A stretch of 64,000 nt of DNA from Bulinus truncatus (lineage: Eukaryota), in contig JAGDYQ010000001.1 of NCBI GenBank assembly GCA_021962125.1, positions 5,516,061 through 5,580,060 on the forward strand, read 5' to 3'. This document shows positions 31,588-49,500 of this stretch, in pieces. The stretch's first letter is position 1, and each line of letters begins with the position of its first letter. A program made the translations under genes and the position numbers. Below the pieces are notes generated by a model. It searched no databases, was not told the origin of the DNA, and worked only from the letters and a program-made list of their open reading frames with translations.

Positions 31588-34500
31588 AAGATTGACAGAC
31601 ATCACTTTGTCATATATGTCAAAAATGTGTCTCGCTGTATGTCAACATTGACAGACATCAAACGCTTACATAACATCAACTAACGGTTTGCCAAGCTGTA
31701 TGTCAACATTGACAGACATCACACTCTCACATAACATCTACTAATAATTTACCCAGTTGTATGTCAACATTGACAAACATCACACTCTCACACAACATCT
31801 ACTAATAGTTTGCCCAGTTGTATGTCAACATTGACAGACATCACACTCTCACATATCAACAAACAGTTTGCCCAGTTGTATGTCAACATTGACAGACATC
31901 ACACTCTCACATAACATCTACTAATAATTTACCCAGTTGTATGTCAACATTGACAAACATCACACTCTCACACAACATCTACTAACAGTTTGACCAGTTG
32001 TATGTCAACATTGACGGACATCACACTCTCACATATCAACAAACAGTTTGCCCAGTTGTATGTCAAAATTGACAGACATCACACCCTCACACAACATCTA
32101 CTAATAGTTTACCCAGTTGTATGTCAACATTGACAGACATCACACTCTCACATAACATCTACTAGTAATTTACCCAGTTATAAGTCAACATTGACAAACA
32201 TCACACTCTCACACATCTACTAATAGTTTACCCAGTTGTATGTCAACATTGACAGACATCACACTCTCACATAACATCTACTAATAATTTACCCAGTTGT
32301 ATGTCAACATTGACAAACATCACACTCTCACACAACATCTACTAATTGTTTACCCAGTTGTATGTCAACATTGTCAAACATCACACTCTCACGTAACATC
32401 TACTAGTAATTTACCCAGTTATAAGTCAACATTGTCAAACATCACACTCTCACACAACATCTACTAATAGTTTACCCAGTTATAAGTCAACATTGTCAAA
32501 CATCACACTCTCACACAACATCTACCAATAGTTTACCCAGTTGTATGTCAACATTGTCAAACATCACACTCTCACACAACATCTACTAGTAATTTACCCA
32601 GTTATAAGTCAACATTGTCAAACATCACACTCTCACACAACATCTACTAGTAATTTACCCAGTTATAAGTCAACATTGTCAAACATCACACTCTCACACA
32701 ACATCTACTAATAGTTTACCCAGTTGTATGTCAATATTGACAAACATCACACTCTCACACAACATCTACTAATAGTTTACCCAGTTGTATGTCAACATTG
32801 ACAGACATTACATTCTCACATATCAACAAACAGTTTGTCCAGTTGTATGTCAACATTGACAAACATCACACTCTCACACAACATCTACTAATAATTTACC
32901 CAGTTGTATGTCAACATTGTCAAACATCACACTCTCACACAACATCTACTAATAATTTACCCAGTTGTATGTCAACATTGACAGACATCACACTCTCACA
33001 AATCTACTAATAGTTTACCCAGTTGTATGTCAACATTGACAAACATCACACTCTCACACAACATTTACTAATAATTAACCCAGTTGTATGTCAACATTGA
33101 CAGACATCACACTCTCACATATCAACTACTACTAATAATTTACCCAGTTGTATGTCAACATTGACAGACATCACACTCTCACACAACATCTACTAATAAT
33201 TTACCCAGTTGTATGTCAACATTGACAAACCTCACACTCTCACACAACATCTACTAATAGTTTGCCCAGTTGTATGTCAACATTGATAGACATCACACTC
33301 TCACATATCAACAAACAGTTTGCCCAGTTGTATGTCAACATTGACAAACATCACACTCTCACATATCAACAAACAGTTTGCCCAGTTGTATGTCAACATT
33401 GACAGACATCACACTCTCACATATCAACAAACAGTTTGCCCAGTTGTATGTCAACATCGACAGACATCACACTCTCACATATCAACAAACAGTTTGCCCA
33501 GTTGTATGTCAACATTGACAGACATCACACTCTCACATATCAACAAACAGTTCGCCCAGTTGTATGTCAACATTGACAGACATCTCACTCTCACACAACA
33601 TCTACTAATAGTTTACCCAGTTGTATGTCAACATTGACAGACATCACACTCTCACATATCAACAAACAGTTTGCCCAGTTGTATGTCAACATTGACAGAC
33701 ATCACACTTTCACATATCAACAAACAGCCCAGTTGTATGTCAACATTGACAGTTATCACACTCTCACATAACATCTACTAATAATTTACCCAGTTGTATG
33801 TCAACATTGACAAACATCACACTCTCACACAACATCTACTAATAGTTTACCCAGTTGTATGTCAACATTGTCAAACATCACACTCTCACATAACATCTAC
33901 TAGTAATTTACCCAGTTATAAGTCAACATTGTCAAACATCACACTCTCACACAACATCTACTAATAGTTTACCCAGTTGTATGTCAATATTGTCAAACAT
34001 CACACTCTCACACATCTACTAATAGTTTACCCACTTGTATGTCAACATTGACAAACATCACACTCTCACACATCTACTAATAATTTACCCAGTTGTATGT
34101 CAACATTGACAAACATCACACTTGCACACAACATCTACTAATAGTTTACCCAGTTGTATGTCAACATTGACAAACATCACATTCTCACACAACATCTACT
34201 AATAGTTTACCCAGTTGTATGTCAACATTGACAAACATCACACTCTCACACAACATCTACTAATAGTTTACCCAGTTGTATGTCAACATTGACAGACATC
34301 ACACTCTCACATATCAACAAACAGTTTGCCCAGTTGTATGTCAACATTGACAGACATCACACTCTCACACATCTACTAATAGTTTACCCAGTTGTATGTA
34401 AACATTGACAGACATCACACTCTCACACAACATCTACTAATAATTTACCCAGTTGTATGTCAACATTGACAGACATCATACTCTCACACAACATCTACTA

Positions 34501-37500
34501 ATAGTTTACCCAGTTGTATGTCAACATTGACAGACATCACACTCTCACATATCAACAAACAGTTTGCCCAGTTGTATGTCAACATTGTCAAACATCACAC
34601 TCTCACACAACATCTACTAATAATTTACCCAGTTGTATGTCAACATTGACAGACATCACACTCTCACATATCAACAAACAGTTTGCCCAGTTGTATGTCA
34701 ACATTGACAGACATCACACTCTCACATATCAACAAACAGCCCAGTTGTATGTCAACATTGACAGACATCACACTCTCACATAACATCTACTAATAATTTA
34801 CCCAGTTGTATGTCAACATTGACAAACATCACACTCTCACACAACATCTACTAATAGTTTACCCAGTTGTATGTCAACATTGTCAAACATCACACTCTCA
34901 CATAACATCTACTAGTAATTTACCCAGTTATAAGTCAACATTGTCAAACATCACACTCTCACACATCTACTAATAGTTTACCCAGTTGTATGTCAACATT
35001 GACAAACACCACATTTGCACACAACATCTACTAATAGTTTACCCAGTTGTATGTCAACATTGACAAACACCACACTTGCACACAACATCTACTAATAGTT
35101 TACCCAGTTGTATGTCAACATTGACAAACATCACACTCTCACACAACATCTACTAATAGTTTACCCAGTTGTACGTCAACATTGACAGACATCACACTCT
35201 CACATATCAACAAACAGTTTGCCCAGTTGTATGTCAACATTGACAGACATCACACTCTCACATATCAACAAACAGTTTACCCAGTTGTATGTCAACATTG
35301 ACAGACATCACACTCTCACACATCTACTAATAGTTTACCCAGTTGTATGTCAACATTGACAAACATCACACTCTCACACAACATCTACTAATAATTTACC
35401 CAGTTGTATGTCAACATTGACAGACATCATACTCTCACACAACATCTACTAATAATTTACCCAGTTGTATGTCAACATTGACAGACATCACACTCTCACA
35501 CAACATCTACTAATAATTTACCCAGTTGTATGTCAACATTGACAGACATCACACTCTCACACAACATCTACTAATAATTTACCCAGTTGTATGTCAACAT
35601 TGACAGACATCACACTCTCACACAACATCTACTAATAATTTACCCAGTTGTATGTCAACATTGACAGACATCACACTCTCACACAACATCTACTAATCAT
35701 TTACCCAGTTGTATGTCAACATTGACAAACATCACACTCTCACACAACATCTACTAATAGATTGCCCAGTTGTATGTCAACATTGACAGACATCACACTC
35801 TCACATATCAACAAACAGTTTGCCCAGTTGTATGTCAACATTGACAAACATCACACTCTCACATATCAACAAACAGTTTGCCCAGTTGTATGTCAACATT
35901 GACAGACATCACACTCTCACACAACATCTACTAATAATTTACCCAGTTGTATGTCAACATTGACAGACATCATACTCTCACACAACATCTACTAATAGTT
36001 TACCCAGTTGTATGTCAACATTGACAAACATCACACTTGCACACAACATCTACTAATAGTTTACCCAGTTGTATGTCAACATTGACAAACATCACATTCT
36101 CACACAACATCTACTAATAGTTTACCCAGTTGTATGTCAACATTGACAAACATCACACTCTCACACAACATCTACTAATAGTTTACCCAGTTGTATGTCA
36201 ACATTGACAGACATCACACTCTCACATATCAACCAACAGTTTGCCCAGTTGTATGTCAACATTGACAGACATCACACTCTCACACATCTACTAATAGTTT
36301 ACCCAGTTGTATGTAAACATTGACAGACATCACACTCTCACACAACATCTACTAATAATTTACCCAGTTGTATGTCAACATTGACAGACATCATACTCTC
36401 ACACAACATCTACTAATAGTTTACCCAGTTGTATGTCAACATTGACAGACATCACACTCTCACATATCAACAAACAGTTTGCCCAGTTGTATGTCAACAT
36501 TGTCAAACATCACACTCTCACACAACATCTACTAATAATTTACCCAGTTGTATGTCAACATTGACAGACATCACACTCTCACATATCAACAAACAGTTTG
36601 CCCAGTTGTATGTCAACATTGACAGACATCACACTCTCACATATCAACAAACAGCCCAGTTGTATGTCAACATTGACAGACATCACACTCTCACATAACA
36701 TCTACTAATAATTTACCCAGTTGTATGTCAACATTGACAAACATCACACTCTCACACAACATCTACTAATAGTTTACCCAGTTGTATGTCAACATTGTCA
36801 AACATCACACTCTCACATAACATCTACTAGTAATTTACCCAGTTATAAGTCAACATTGTCAAACATCACACTCTCACACATCTACTAATAGTTTACCCAG
36901 TTGTATGTCAACACTGACAAACACCACACTTGCACACAACATCTACTAATAGTTTACCCAGTTGTATGTCAACATTGACAAACACCACACTTGCACACAA
37001 CATCTACTAATAGTTTACCCAGTTGTATGTCAACATTGACAAACATCACACTCTCACACAACATCTACTAATAGTTTACCCAGTTGTACGTCAACATTGA
37101 CAGACATCACACTCTCACATATCAACAAACAGTTTGCCCAGTTGTATGTCAACATTGACAGACATCACACTCTCACATATCAACAAACAGTTTGCCCAGT
37201 TGTATGTCAACATTGACAGACATCACACTCTCACACATCTACTAATAGTTTACCCAGTTGTATGTCAACATTGACAAACATCACACTCTCACACAACATC
37301 TACTAATAATTTACCCAGTTGTATGTCAACATTGACAGACATCATACTCTCACACAACATCTACTAATAATTTACCCAGTTGTGTGTCAACATTGACAGA
37401 CATCACACTCTCACACAACATCTACTAATAATTTACCCAGTTGTATGTCAACATTGACAGACATCACACTCTCACACAACATCTACTAATAATTTACCCA

Positions 37501-40500
37501 GTTGTATGTCAACATTGACAGACATCACACTCTCACACAACATCTACTAATAATTTACCCAGTTGTATGTCAACATTGACAGACATCACACTCTCACACA
37601 ACATCTACTAATCATTTACCCAGTTGTATGTCAACATTGACAAACATCACACTCTCACACAACATCTACTAATAGATTGCCCAGTTGTATGTCAACATTG
37701 ACAGACATCACACTCTCACATATCAACAAACAGTTTGCCCAGTTGTATGTCAACATTGACAAACATCACACTCTCACATATCAACAAACAGTTTGCCCAG
37801 TTGTATGTCAACATTGACAGACATCACACTCTCACACATCTACTAATAGTTTACCCAGTTGTATGTCAACATTGACAAACATCACACTCTCACACAACAT
37901 CTACTAATAATTTACCCAGTTGTATGTCAACATTGACAGACATCATACTCTCACACAACATCTACTAATAATTTACCCAGTTGTATGTCAACATTGACAG
38001 ACATCACACTCTCACACAACATCTACTAATAATTTACCCAGTTGTATGTCAACATTGACAGACATCACACTCTCACACAACATCTACTAATAATTTACCC
38101 AGTTGTATGTCAACATTGACAGACATCACACTCTCACACAACATCTACTAATAATTTACCCAGTTGTATGTCAACATTGACAGACATCACACTCTCACAC
38201 AACATCTACTAATCATTTACCCAGTTGTATGTCAACATTGACAAACATCACACTCTCACACAACATCTACTAATAGATTGCCCAGTTGTATGTCAACATT
38301 GACAGACATCACACTCTCACATATCAACAAACAGTTTGCCCAGTTGTATGTCAACATTGACAAACATCACACTCTCACATATCAACAAACAGTTTGCCCA
38401 GTTGTATGTCAACATTGACAGACATCACACTCTCACACAACATCTACTAATAATTTACCCAGTTGTATGTCAACATTGACAGACATCATACTCTCACACA
38501 ACATCTACTAATAGTTTACCCAGTTGTATGTCAACATTGACAAACATCACACTTGCACACAACATCTACTAATAGTTTACCCAGTTGTATGTCAACATTG
38601 ACAAACATCACATTCTCACACAACATCTACTAATAGTTTACCCAGTTGTATGTCAACATTGACAAACATCACACTCTCACACAACATCTACTAATAGTTT
38701 ACCCAGTTGTATGTCAACATTGACAGACATCACACTCTCACATATCAACCAACAGTTTGCCCAGTTGTATGTCAACATTGACAGACATCACACTCTCACA
38801 CATCTACTAATAGTTTACCCAGTTGTATGTAAACATTGACAGACATCACACTCTCACACAACATCTACTAATAATTTACCCAGTTGTATGTCAACATTGA
38901 CAGACATCATACTCTCACACAACATCTACTAATAGTTTACCCAGTTGTATGTCAACATTGACAGACATCACACTCTCACATATCAACAAACAGTTTGCCC
39001 AGTTGTATGTCAACATTGTCAAACATCACACTCTCACACAACATCTACTAATAATTTACCCAGTTGTATGTCAACATTGACAGACATCACACTCTCACAT
39101 ATCAACAAACAGTTTGCCCAGTTGTATGTCAACATTGACAGACATCACACTCTCACATATCAACAAACAGCCCAGTTGTATGTCAACATTGACAGACATC
39201 ACACTCTCACATAACATCTACTAATAATTTACCCAGTTGTATGTCAACATTGACAAACATCACACTCTCACACAACATCTACTAATAGTTTACCCAGTTG
39301 TATGTCAACATTGTCAAACATCACACTCTCACATAACATCTACTAGTAATTTACCCAGTTATAAGTCAACATTGTCAAACATCACACTCTCACACATCTA
39401 CTAATAGTTTACCCAGTTGTATGTCAACATTGACAAACACCACACTTGCACACAACATCTACTAATAGTTTACCCAGTTGTATGTCAACATTGACAAACA
39501 CCACACTTGCACACAACATCTACTAATAGTTTACCCAGTTGTATGTCAACATTGACAAACATCACACTCTCACACAACATCTACTAATAGTTTACCCAGT
39601 TGTACGTCAACATTGACAGACATCACACTCTCACATATCAACAAACAGTTTGCCCAGTTGTATGTCAACATTGACAGACATCACACTCTCACATATCAAC
39701 AAACAGTTTGCCCAGTTGTATGTCAACATTGACAGACATCACACTCTCACACATCTACTAATAGTTTACCCAGTTGTATGTCAACATTGACAAACATCAC
39801 ACTCTCACACAACATCTACTAATAATTTACCCAGTTGTATGTCAACATTGACAGACATCATACTCTCACACAACATCTACTAATAATTTACCCAGTTGTA
39901 TGTCAACATTGACAGACATCACACTCTCACACAACATCTACTAATAATTTACCCAGTTGTATGTCAACATTGACAGACATCACACTCTCACACAACATCT
40001 ACTAATAATTTACCAAGTTGTATGTCAACATTGACAGACATCACACTCTCACACAACATCTACTAATAATTTACCCAGTTGTATGTCAACATTGACAGAC
40101 ATCACACTCTCACACAATATCTACTAATCATTTACCCAGTTGTATGTCAACATTGACAAACATCACACTCTCACACAACATCTACTAATAGATTGCCCAG
40201 TTGTATGTCAACATTGACAGACATCACACTCTCACATATCAACAAACAGTTTGCCCAGTTGTATGTCAACATTGACAAACATCACACTCTCACATATCAA
40301 CAAACAGTTTGCCCAGTTGTATGTCAACATTGACAGACATCACACTCTCACACAACATCTACTAATAATTTACCCAGTTGTATGTCAACATTGACAGACA
40401 TCATACTCTCACACAACATCTACTAATAGTTTACCCAGTTGTATGTCAACATTGACAGACATCACACTCTCACATATCAACAAACAGTTTGCCCAGTATT

Positions 40501-43500
40501 ATGTCAACATTGTCAAACATCACACTCTCACACAACATCTACTAATAATTTACCCTGTTGTATGTCAACATTGACAGACATCACACTCTCACATATCAAC
40601 AAACAGTTTGCCCAGTTGTATGTCAACATTGACAGACATCACACTCTCACATAACAACAAACAGCCCAGTTGTATGTCAACATTGACAGACATCACACTC
40701 TCACATAACATCTACTAATAATTTACCCAGTTGTATGTCAACATTGACAAACATCACACTCTCACACAACATCTACTAATAGTTTACCCAGTTGTATGTC
40801 AACATTGTCAAACATCACACTCTCACATAACATCTACTAGTAATTTACCCAGTTATAAGTCAACATTGTCAAACATCACACTCTCACACATCTACTAATA
40901 GTTTACCCAGTTGTATGTCAACATTGACAAACACCACACTTGCACACAACATCTACTAATAGTTTACCCAGTTGTATGTCAACATTGACAAACACCACAC
41001 TTGCACACAACATCTACTAATAGTTTACCCAGTTGTATGTCAACATTGACAAACATCACACTCTCACACAACATCTACTAATAGTTTACCCAGTTGTACG
41101 TCAACATTGACAGACATCACACTCTCACATATCAACAAACAGTTTGCCCAGTTGTATGTCAACATTGACAGACATCACACTCTCACATATCAACAAACAG
41201 TTTGCCCAGTTGTATGTCAACATTGACAGACATCACACTCTCACACATCTACTAATAGTTTACCCAGTTGTATGTCAACATTGACAAACATCACACTCTC
41301 ACACAACATCTACTAATAATTTACCCAGTTGTATGTCAACATTGACAGACATCATACTCTCACACAACATCTACTAATAATTTACCCAGTTGTATGTCAA
41401 CATTGACAGACATCACACTCTCACACAACATCTACTAATAATTTACCCAGTTGTATGTCAACATTGACAGACATCATACTCTCACACAACATCTACTAAT
41501 AGTTTACCCAGTTGTATGTCAACATTGACAGACATCACACTCTCACATATCAACAAACAGTTTGCCCAGTTGTATGTCAACATTGTCAAACATCACACTC
41601 TCACACAACATCTACTAATAATTTACCCAGTTGTATGTCAACATTGACAGACATCACACTCTCACATATCAACAAACAGTTTGCCCAGTTGTATGTCAAC
41701 ATTGACAGACATCACACTCTCACATATCAACAAACAGCCCAGTTGTATGTCAACATTGACAGACATCACACTCTCACATAACATCTACTAATAATTTACC
41801 CAGTTGTATGTCAACATTGACAAACATCACACTCTCACACAACATCTACTAATAGTTTACCCAGTTGTATGTCAACATTGTCAAACATCACACTCTCACA
41901 TAACATCTACTAGTAATTTACCCAGTTATAAGTCAACATTGTCAAACATCACACTCTCACACATCTACTAATAGTTTACCCAGTTGTATGTCAACATTGA
42001 CAAACACCACACTTGCACACAACATCTACTAATAGTTTACCCAGTTGTATGTCAACATTGACAAACACCACACTTGCACACAACATCTACTAATAGTTTA
42101 CCCAGTTGTATGTCAACATTGACAAACATCACACTCTCACACAACATCTACTAATAGTTTACCCAGTTGTACGTCAACATTGACAGACATCACACTCTCA
42201 CATATCAACAAACAGTTTGCCCAGTTGTATGTCAACATTGACAGACATCACACTCTCACATATCAACAAACAGTTTGCCCAGTTGTATGTCAACATTGAC
42301 AGACATCACACTCTCACACATCTACTAATAGTTTACCCAGTTGTATGTCAACATTGACAAACATCACACTCTCACACAACATCTACTAATAATTTACCCA
42401 GTTGTATGTCAACATTGACAGACATCATACTCTCACACAACATCTACTAATAATTTACCCAGTTGTATGTCAACATTGACAGACATCACACTCTCACACA
42501 ACATCTACTAATAATTTACCCAGTTGTATGTCAACATTGACAGACATCATACTCTCACACAACATCTACTAATAGTTTACCCAGTTGTATGTCAACATTG
42601 ACAGACATCACACTCTCACATATCAACAAACAGTTTGCCCAGTTGTATGTCAACATTGTCAAACATCACACTCTCACACAACATCTACTAATAATTTACC
42701 CAGTTGTATGTCAACATTGACAGACATCACACTCTCACATATCAACAAACAGTTTGCCCAGTTGTATGTCAACATTGACAGACATCACACTCTCACATAT
42801 CAACAAACAGCCCAGTTGTATGTCAACATTGACAGACATCACACTCTCACATAACATCTACTAATAATTTACCCAGTTGTATGTCAACATTGACAAACAT
42901 CACACTCTCACACAACATCTACTAATAGTTTACCCAGTTGTATGTCAACATTGTCAAACATCACACTCTCACATAACATCTACTAGTAATTTACCCAGTT
43001 ATAAGTCAACATTGTCAAACATCACACTCTCACACATCTACTAATAGTTTACCCAGTTGTATGTCAACATTGACAAACACCACACTTGCACACAACATCT
43101 ACTAATAGTTTACCCAGTTGTATGTCAACATTGACAAACACCACACTTGCACACAACATCTACTAATAGTTTACCCAGTTGTATGTCAACATTGACAAAC
43201 ATCACACTCTCACACAACATCTACTAATAGTTTACCCAGTTGTACGTCAACATTGACAGACATCACACTCTCACATATCAACAAACAGTTTGCCCAGTTG
43301 TATGTCAACATTGACAGACATCACACTCTCACATATCAACAAACAGTTTGCCCAGTTGTATGTCAACATTGACAGACATCACACTCTCACACATCTACTA
43401 ATAGTTTACCCAGTTGTATGTCAACATTGACAAACATCACACTCTCACACAACATCTACTAATAATTTACCCAGTTGTATGTCAACATTGACAGACATCA

Positions 43501-46500
43501 TACTCTCACACAACATCTACTAATAATTTACCCAGTTGTATGTCAACATTGACAGACATCACACTCTCACACAACATCTACTAATAATTTACCCAGTTGT
43601 ATGTCAACATTGACAGACATCACACTCTCACACAACATCTACTAATAATTTACCCAGTTGTATGTCAACATTGACAGACATCACACTCTCACACAACATC
43701 TACTAATAATTTACCCAGTTGTATGTCAACATTGACAGACATCACACTCTCACACAACATCTACTAATCATTTACCCAGTTGTATGTCAACATTGACAAA
43801 CATCACACTCACACAACATCTACTAATAGATTGCCCAGTTGTATGTCAACATTGACAGACATCACACTCTCACATATCAACAAACAGTTTGCCCAGTTGT
43901 ATGTCAACATTGACAAACATCACACTCTCACATATCAACAAACAGTTTGCCCAGTTGTATGTCAACATTGACAGACATCACACTCTCACACAACATCTAC
44001 TAATAATTTACCCAGTTGTATGTCAACATTGACAGACATCATACTCTCACACACAACATCTACTAATAGTTTACCCAGTTGTATGTCAACATTGACAAAC
44101 ATCACACTTGCACACAACATCTACTAATAGTTTACCCAGTTGTATGTCAACATTGACAAACATCACATTCTCACACAACATCTACTAATAGTTTACCCAG
44201 TTGTATGTCAACATTGACAAACATCACACTCTCACACAACATCTACTAATAGTTTACCCAGTTGTATGTCAACATTGACAGACATCACACTCTCACATAT
44301 CAACCAACAGTTTGCCCAGTTGTATGTCAACATTGACAGACATCACACTCTCACACATCTACTAATAGTTTACCCAGTTGTATGTAAACATTGACAGACA
44401 TCACACTCTCACACAACATCTACTAATAATTTACCCAGTTGTATGTCAACATTGACAGACATCATACTCTCACACAACATCTACTAATAGTTTACCCAGT
44501 TGTATGTCAACATTGACAGACATCACACTCTCACATATCAACAAACAGTTTGCCCAGTTGTATGTCAACATTGTCAAACATCACACTCTCACACAACATC
44601 TACTAATAATTTACCCAGTTGTATGTCAACATTGACAGACATCACACTCTCACATATCAACAAACAGTTTGCCCAGTTGTATGTCAACATTGACAGACAT
44701 CACACTCTCACATATCAACAAACAGTTTGCCCAGTTGTATGTCAACATTGACAGACATCATACTCTCACACAACATCTACTAATAATTTACCCAGTTGTA
44801 TGTCAACATTGACAGACATCACACTCTCACACAACATCTACTAATAATTTACCCAGTTGTATGTCAACATTGACAGACATCACACTCTCACACAACATCT
44901 ACTAATAATTTACCCAGTTGTATGTCAACATTGACAGACATCACACTCTCACACAACATCTACTAATAATTTACCCAGTTGTATGTCAACATTGACAGAC
45001 ATCACACTCTCACACAACATCTACTAATCATTTACCCAGTTGTATGTCAACATTGACAAACATCACACTCTCACACAACATCTACTAATAGATTGCCCAG
45101 TTGTATGTCAACATTGACAGACATCACACTCTCACATATCAACAAACAGTTTGCCCAGTTGTATGTCAACATTGACAAACATCACACTCTCACATATCAA
45201 CAAACAGTTTGCCCAGTTGTATGTCAACATTGACAGACATCACACTCTCACACAACATCTACTAATAATTTACCCAGTTGTATGTCAACATTGACAGACA
45301 TCATACTCTCACACAACATCTACTAATAGTTTACCCAGTTGTATGTCAACATTGACAAACATCACACTTGCACACAACATCTACTAATAGTTTACCCAGT
45401 TGTATGTCAACATTGACAAACATCACATTCTCACACAACATCTACTAATAGTTTACCCAGTTGTATGTCAACATTGACAAACATCACACTCTCACACAAC
45501 ATCTACTAATAGTTTACCCAGTTGTATGTCAACATTGACAGACATCACACTCTCACATATCAACCAACAGTTTGCCCAGTTGTATGTCAACATTGACAGA
45601 CATCACACTCTCACACATCTACTAATAGTTTACCCAGTTGTATGTAAACATTGACAGACATCACACTCTCACACAACATCTACTAATAATTTACCCAGTT
45701 GTATGTCAACATTGACAGACATCATACTCTCACACAACATCTACTAATAGTTTACCCAGTTGTATGTCAACATTGACAGACATCACACTCTCACATATCA
45801 ACAAACAGTTTGCCCAGTTGTATGTCAACATTGTCAAACATCACACTCTCACACAACATCTACTAATAATTTACCCAGTTGTATGTCAACATTGACAGAC
45901 ATCACACTCTCACATATCAACAAACAGTTTGCCCAGTTGTATGTCAACATTGACAGACATCACACTCTCACATATCAACAAACAGCCCAGTTGTATGTCA
46001 ACATTGACAGACATCACACTCTCACATAACATCTACTAATAATTTACCCAGTTGTATGTCAACATTGACAAACATCACACTCTCACACAACATCTACTAA
46101 TAGTTTACCCAGTTGTATGTCAACATTGTCAAACATCACACTCTCACATAACATCTACTAGTAATTTACCCAGTTATAAGTCAACATTGTCAAACATCAC
46201 ACTCTCACACATCTACTAATAGTTTACCCAGTTGTATGTCAACATTGACAAACACCACACTTGCACACAACATCTACTAATAGTTTACCCAGTTGTATGT
46301 CAACATTGACAAACACCACACTTGCACACAACATCTACTAATAGTTTACCCAGTTGTATGTCAACATTGACAAACATCACACTCTCACACAACATCTACT
46401 AATAGTTTACCCAGTTGTACGTCAACATTGACAGACATCACACTCTCACATATCAACAAACAGTTTGCCCAGTTGTATGTCAACATTGACAGACATCACA

Positions 46501-49500
46501 CTCTCACATATCAACAAACAGTTTGCCCAGTTGTATGTCAACATTGACAGACATCACACTCTCACACATCTACTAATAGTTTACCCAGTTGTATGTCAAC
46601 ATTGACAAACATCACACTCTCACACAACATCTACTAATAATTTACCCAGTTGTATGTCAACATTGACAGACATCATACTCTCACACAACATCTACTAATA
46701 ATTTACCCAGTTGTGTGTCAACATTGACAGACATCACACTCTCACACAACATCTACTAATAATTTACCCAGTTGTATGTCAACATTGACAGACATCACAC
46801 TCTCACACAACATCTACTAATAATTTACCCAGTTGTATGTCAACATTGACAGACATCACACTCTCACACAACATCTACTAATAATTTACCCAGTTGTATG
46901 TCAACATTGACAGACATCACACTCCTCACACAACATCTACTAATCATTTACCCAGTTGTATGTCAACATTGACAAACATCACACTCTCACACAACATCTA
47001 CTAATAGATTGCCCAGTTGTATGTCAACATTGACAGACATCACACTCTCACATATCAACAAACAGTTTGCCCAGTTGTATGTCAACATTGACAAACATCA
47101 CACTCTCACATATCAACAAACAGTTTGCCCAGTTGTATGTCAACATTGACAGACATCACACTCTCACACATCTACTAATAGTTTACCCAGTTGTATGTCA
47201 ACATTGACAAACATCACACTCTCACACAACATCTACTAATAATTTACCCAGTTGTATGTCAACATTGACAGACATCATACTCTCACACAACATCTACTAA
47301 TAATTTACCCAGTTGTATGTCAACATTGACAGACATCACACTCTCACACAACATCTACTAATAATTTACCCAGTTGTATGTCAACATTGACAGACATCAC
47401 ACTCTCACACAACATCTACTAATAATTTACCCAGTTGTATGTCAACATTGACAGACATCACACTCTCACACAACATCTACTAATAATTTACCCAGTTGTA
47501 TGTCAACATTGACAGACATCACACTCTCACACAACATCTACTAATCATTTACCCAGTTGTATGTCAACATTGACAAACATCACACTCTCACACAACATCT
47601 ACTAATAGATTGCCCAGTTGTATGTCAACATTGACAGACATCACACTCTCACATATCAACAAACAGTTTGCCCAGTTGTATGTCAACATTGACAAACATC
47701 ACACTCTCACATATCAACAAACAGTTTGCCCAGTTGTATGTCAACATTGACAGACATCACACTCTCACACAACATCTACTAATAATTTACCCAGTTGTAT
47801 GTCAACATTGACAGACATCATACTCTCACACAACATCTACTAATAGTTTACCCAGTTGTATGTCAACATTGACAAACATCACACTTGCACACAACATCTA
47901 CTAATAGTTTACCCAGTTGTATGTCAACATTGACAAACATCACATTCTCACACAACATCTACTAATAGTTTACCCAGTTGTATGTCAACATTGACAAACA
48001 TCACACTCTCACACAACATCTACTAATAGTTTACCCAGTTGTATGTCAACATTGACAGACATCACACTCTCACATATCAACCAACAGTTTGCCCAGTTGT
48101 ATGTCAACATTGACAGACATCACACTCTCACACATCTACTAATAGTTTACCCAGTTGTATGTAAACATTGACAGACATCACACTCTCACACAACATCTAC
48201 TAATAATTTACCCAGTTGTATGTCAACATTGACAGACATCATACTCTCACACAACATCTACTAATAGTTTACCCAGTTGTATGTCAACATTGACAGACAT
48301 CACACTCTCACATATCAACAAACAGTTTGCCCAGTTGTATGTCAACATTGTCAAACATCACACTCTCACACAACATCTACTAATAATTTACCCAGTTGTA
48401 TGTCAACATTGACAGACATCACACTCTCACATATCAACAAACAGTTTGCCCAGTTGTATGTCAACATTGACAGACATCACACTCTCACATATCAACAAAC
48501 AGCCCAGTTGTATGTCAACATTGACAGACATCACACTCTCACATAACATCTACTAATAATTTACCCAGTTGTATGTCAACATTGACAAACATCACACTCT
48601 CACACAACATCTACTAATAGTTTACCCAGTTGTATGTCAACATTGTCAAACATCACACTCTCACATAACATCTACTAGTAATTTACCCAGTTATAAGTCA
48701 ACATTGTCAAACATCACACTCTCACACATCTACTAATAGTTTACCCAGTTGTATGTCAACATTGACAAACACCACACTTGCACACAACATCTACTAATAG
48801 TTTACCCAGTTGTATGTCAACATTGACAAACACCACACTTGCACACAACATCTACTAATAGTTTACCCAGTTGTATGTCAACATTGACAAACATCACACT
48901 CTCACACAACATCTACTAATAGTTTACCCAGTTGTACGTCAACATTGACAGACATCACACTCTCACATATCAACAAACAGTTTGCCCAGTTGTATGTCAA
49001 CATTGACAGACATCACACTCTCACATATCAACAAACAGTTTGCCCAGTTGTATGTCAACATTGACAGACATCACACTCTCACACATCTACTAATAGTTTA
49101 CCCAGTTGTATGTCAACATTGACAAACATCACACTCTCACACAACATCTACTAATAATTTACCCAGTTGTATGTCAACATTGACAGACATCATACTCTCA
49201 CACAACATCTACTAATAATTTACCCAGTTGTATGTCAACATTGACAGACATCACACTCTCACACAACATCTACTAATAATTTACCCAGTTGTATGTCAAC
49301 ATTGACAGACATCACACTCTCACACAACATCTACTAATAATTTACCCAGTTGTATGTCAACATTGACAGACATCACACTCTCACACAACATCTACTAATA
49401 ATTTACCCAGTTGTATGTCAACATTGACAGACATCACACTCTCACACAACATCTACTAATCATTTACCCAGTTGTATGTCAACATTGACAAACATCACAC

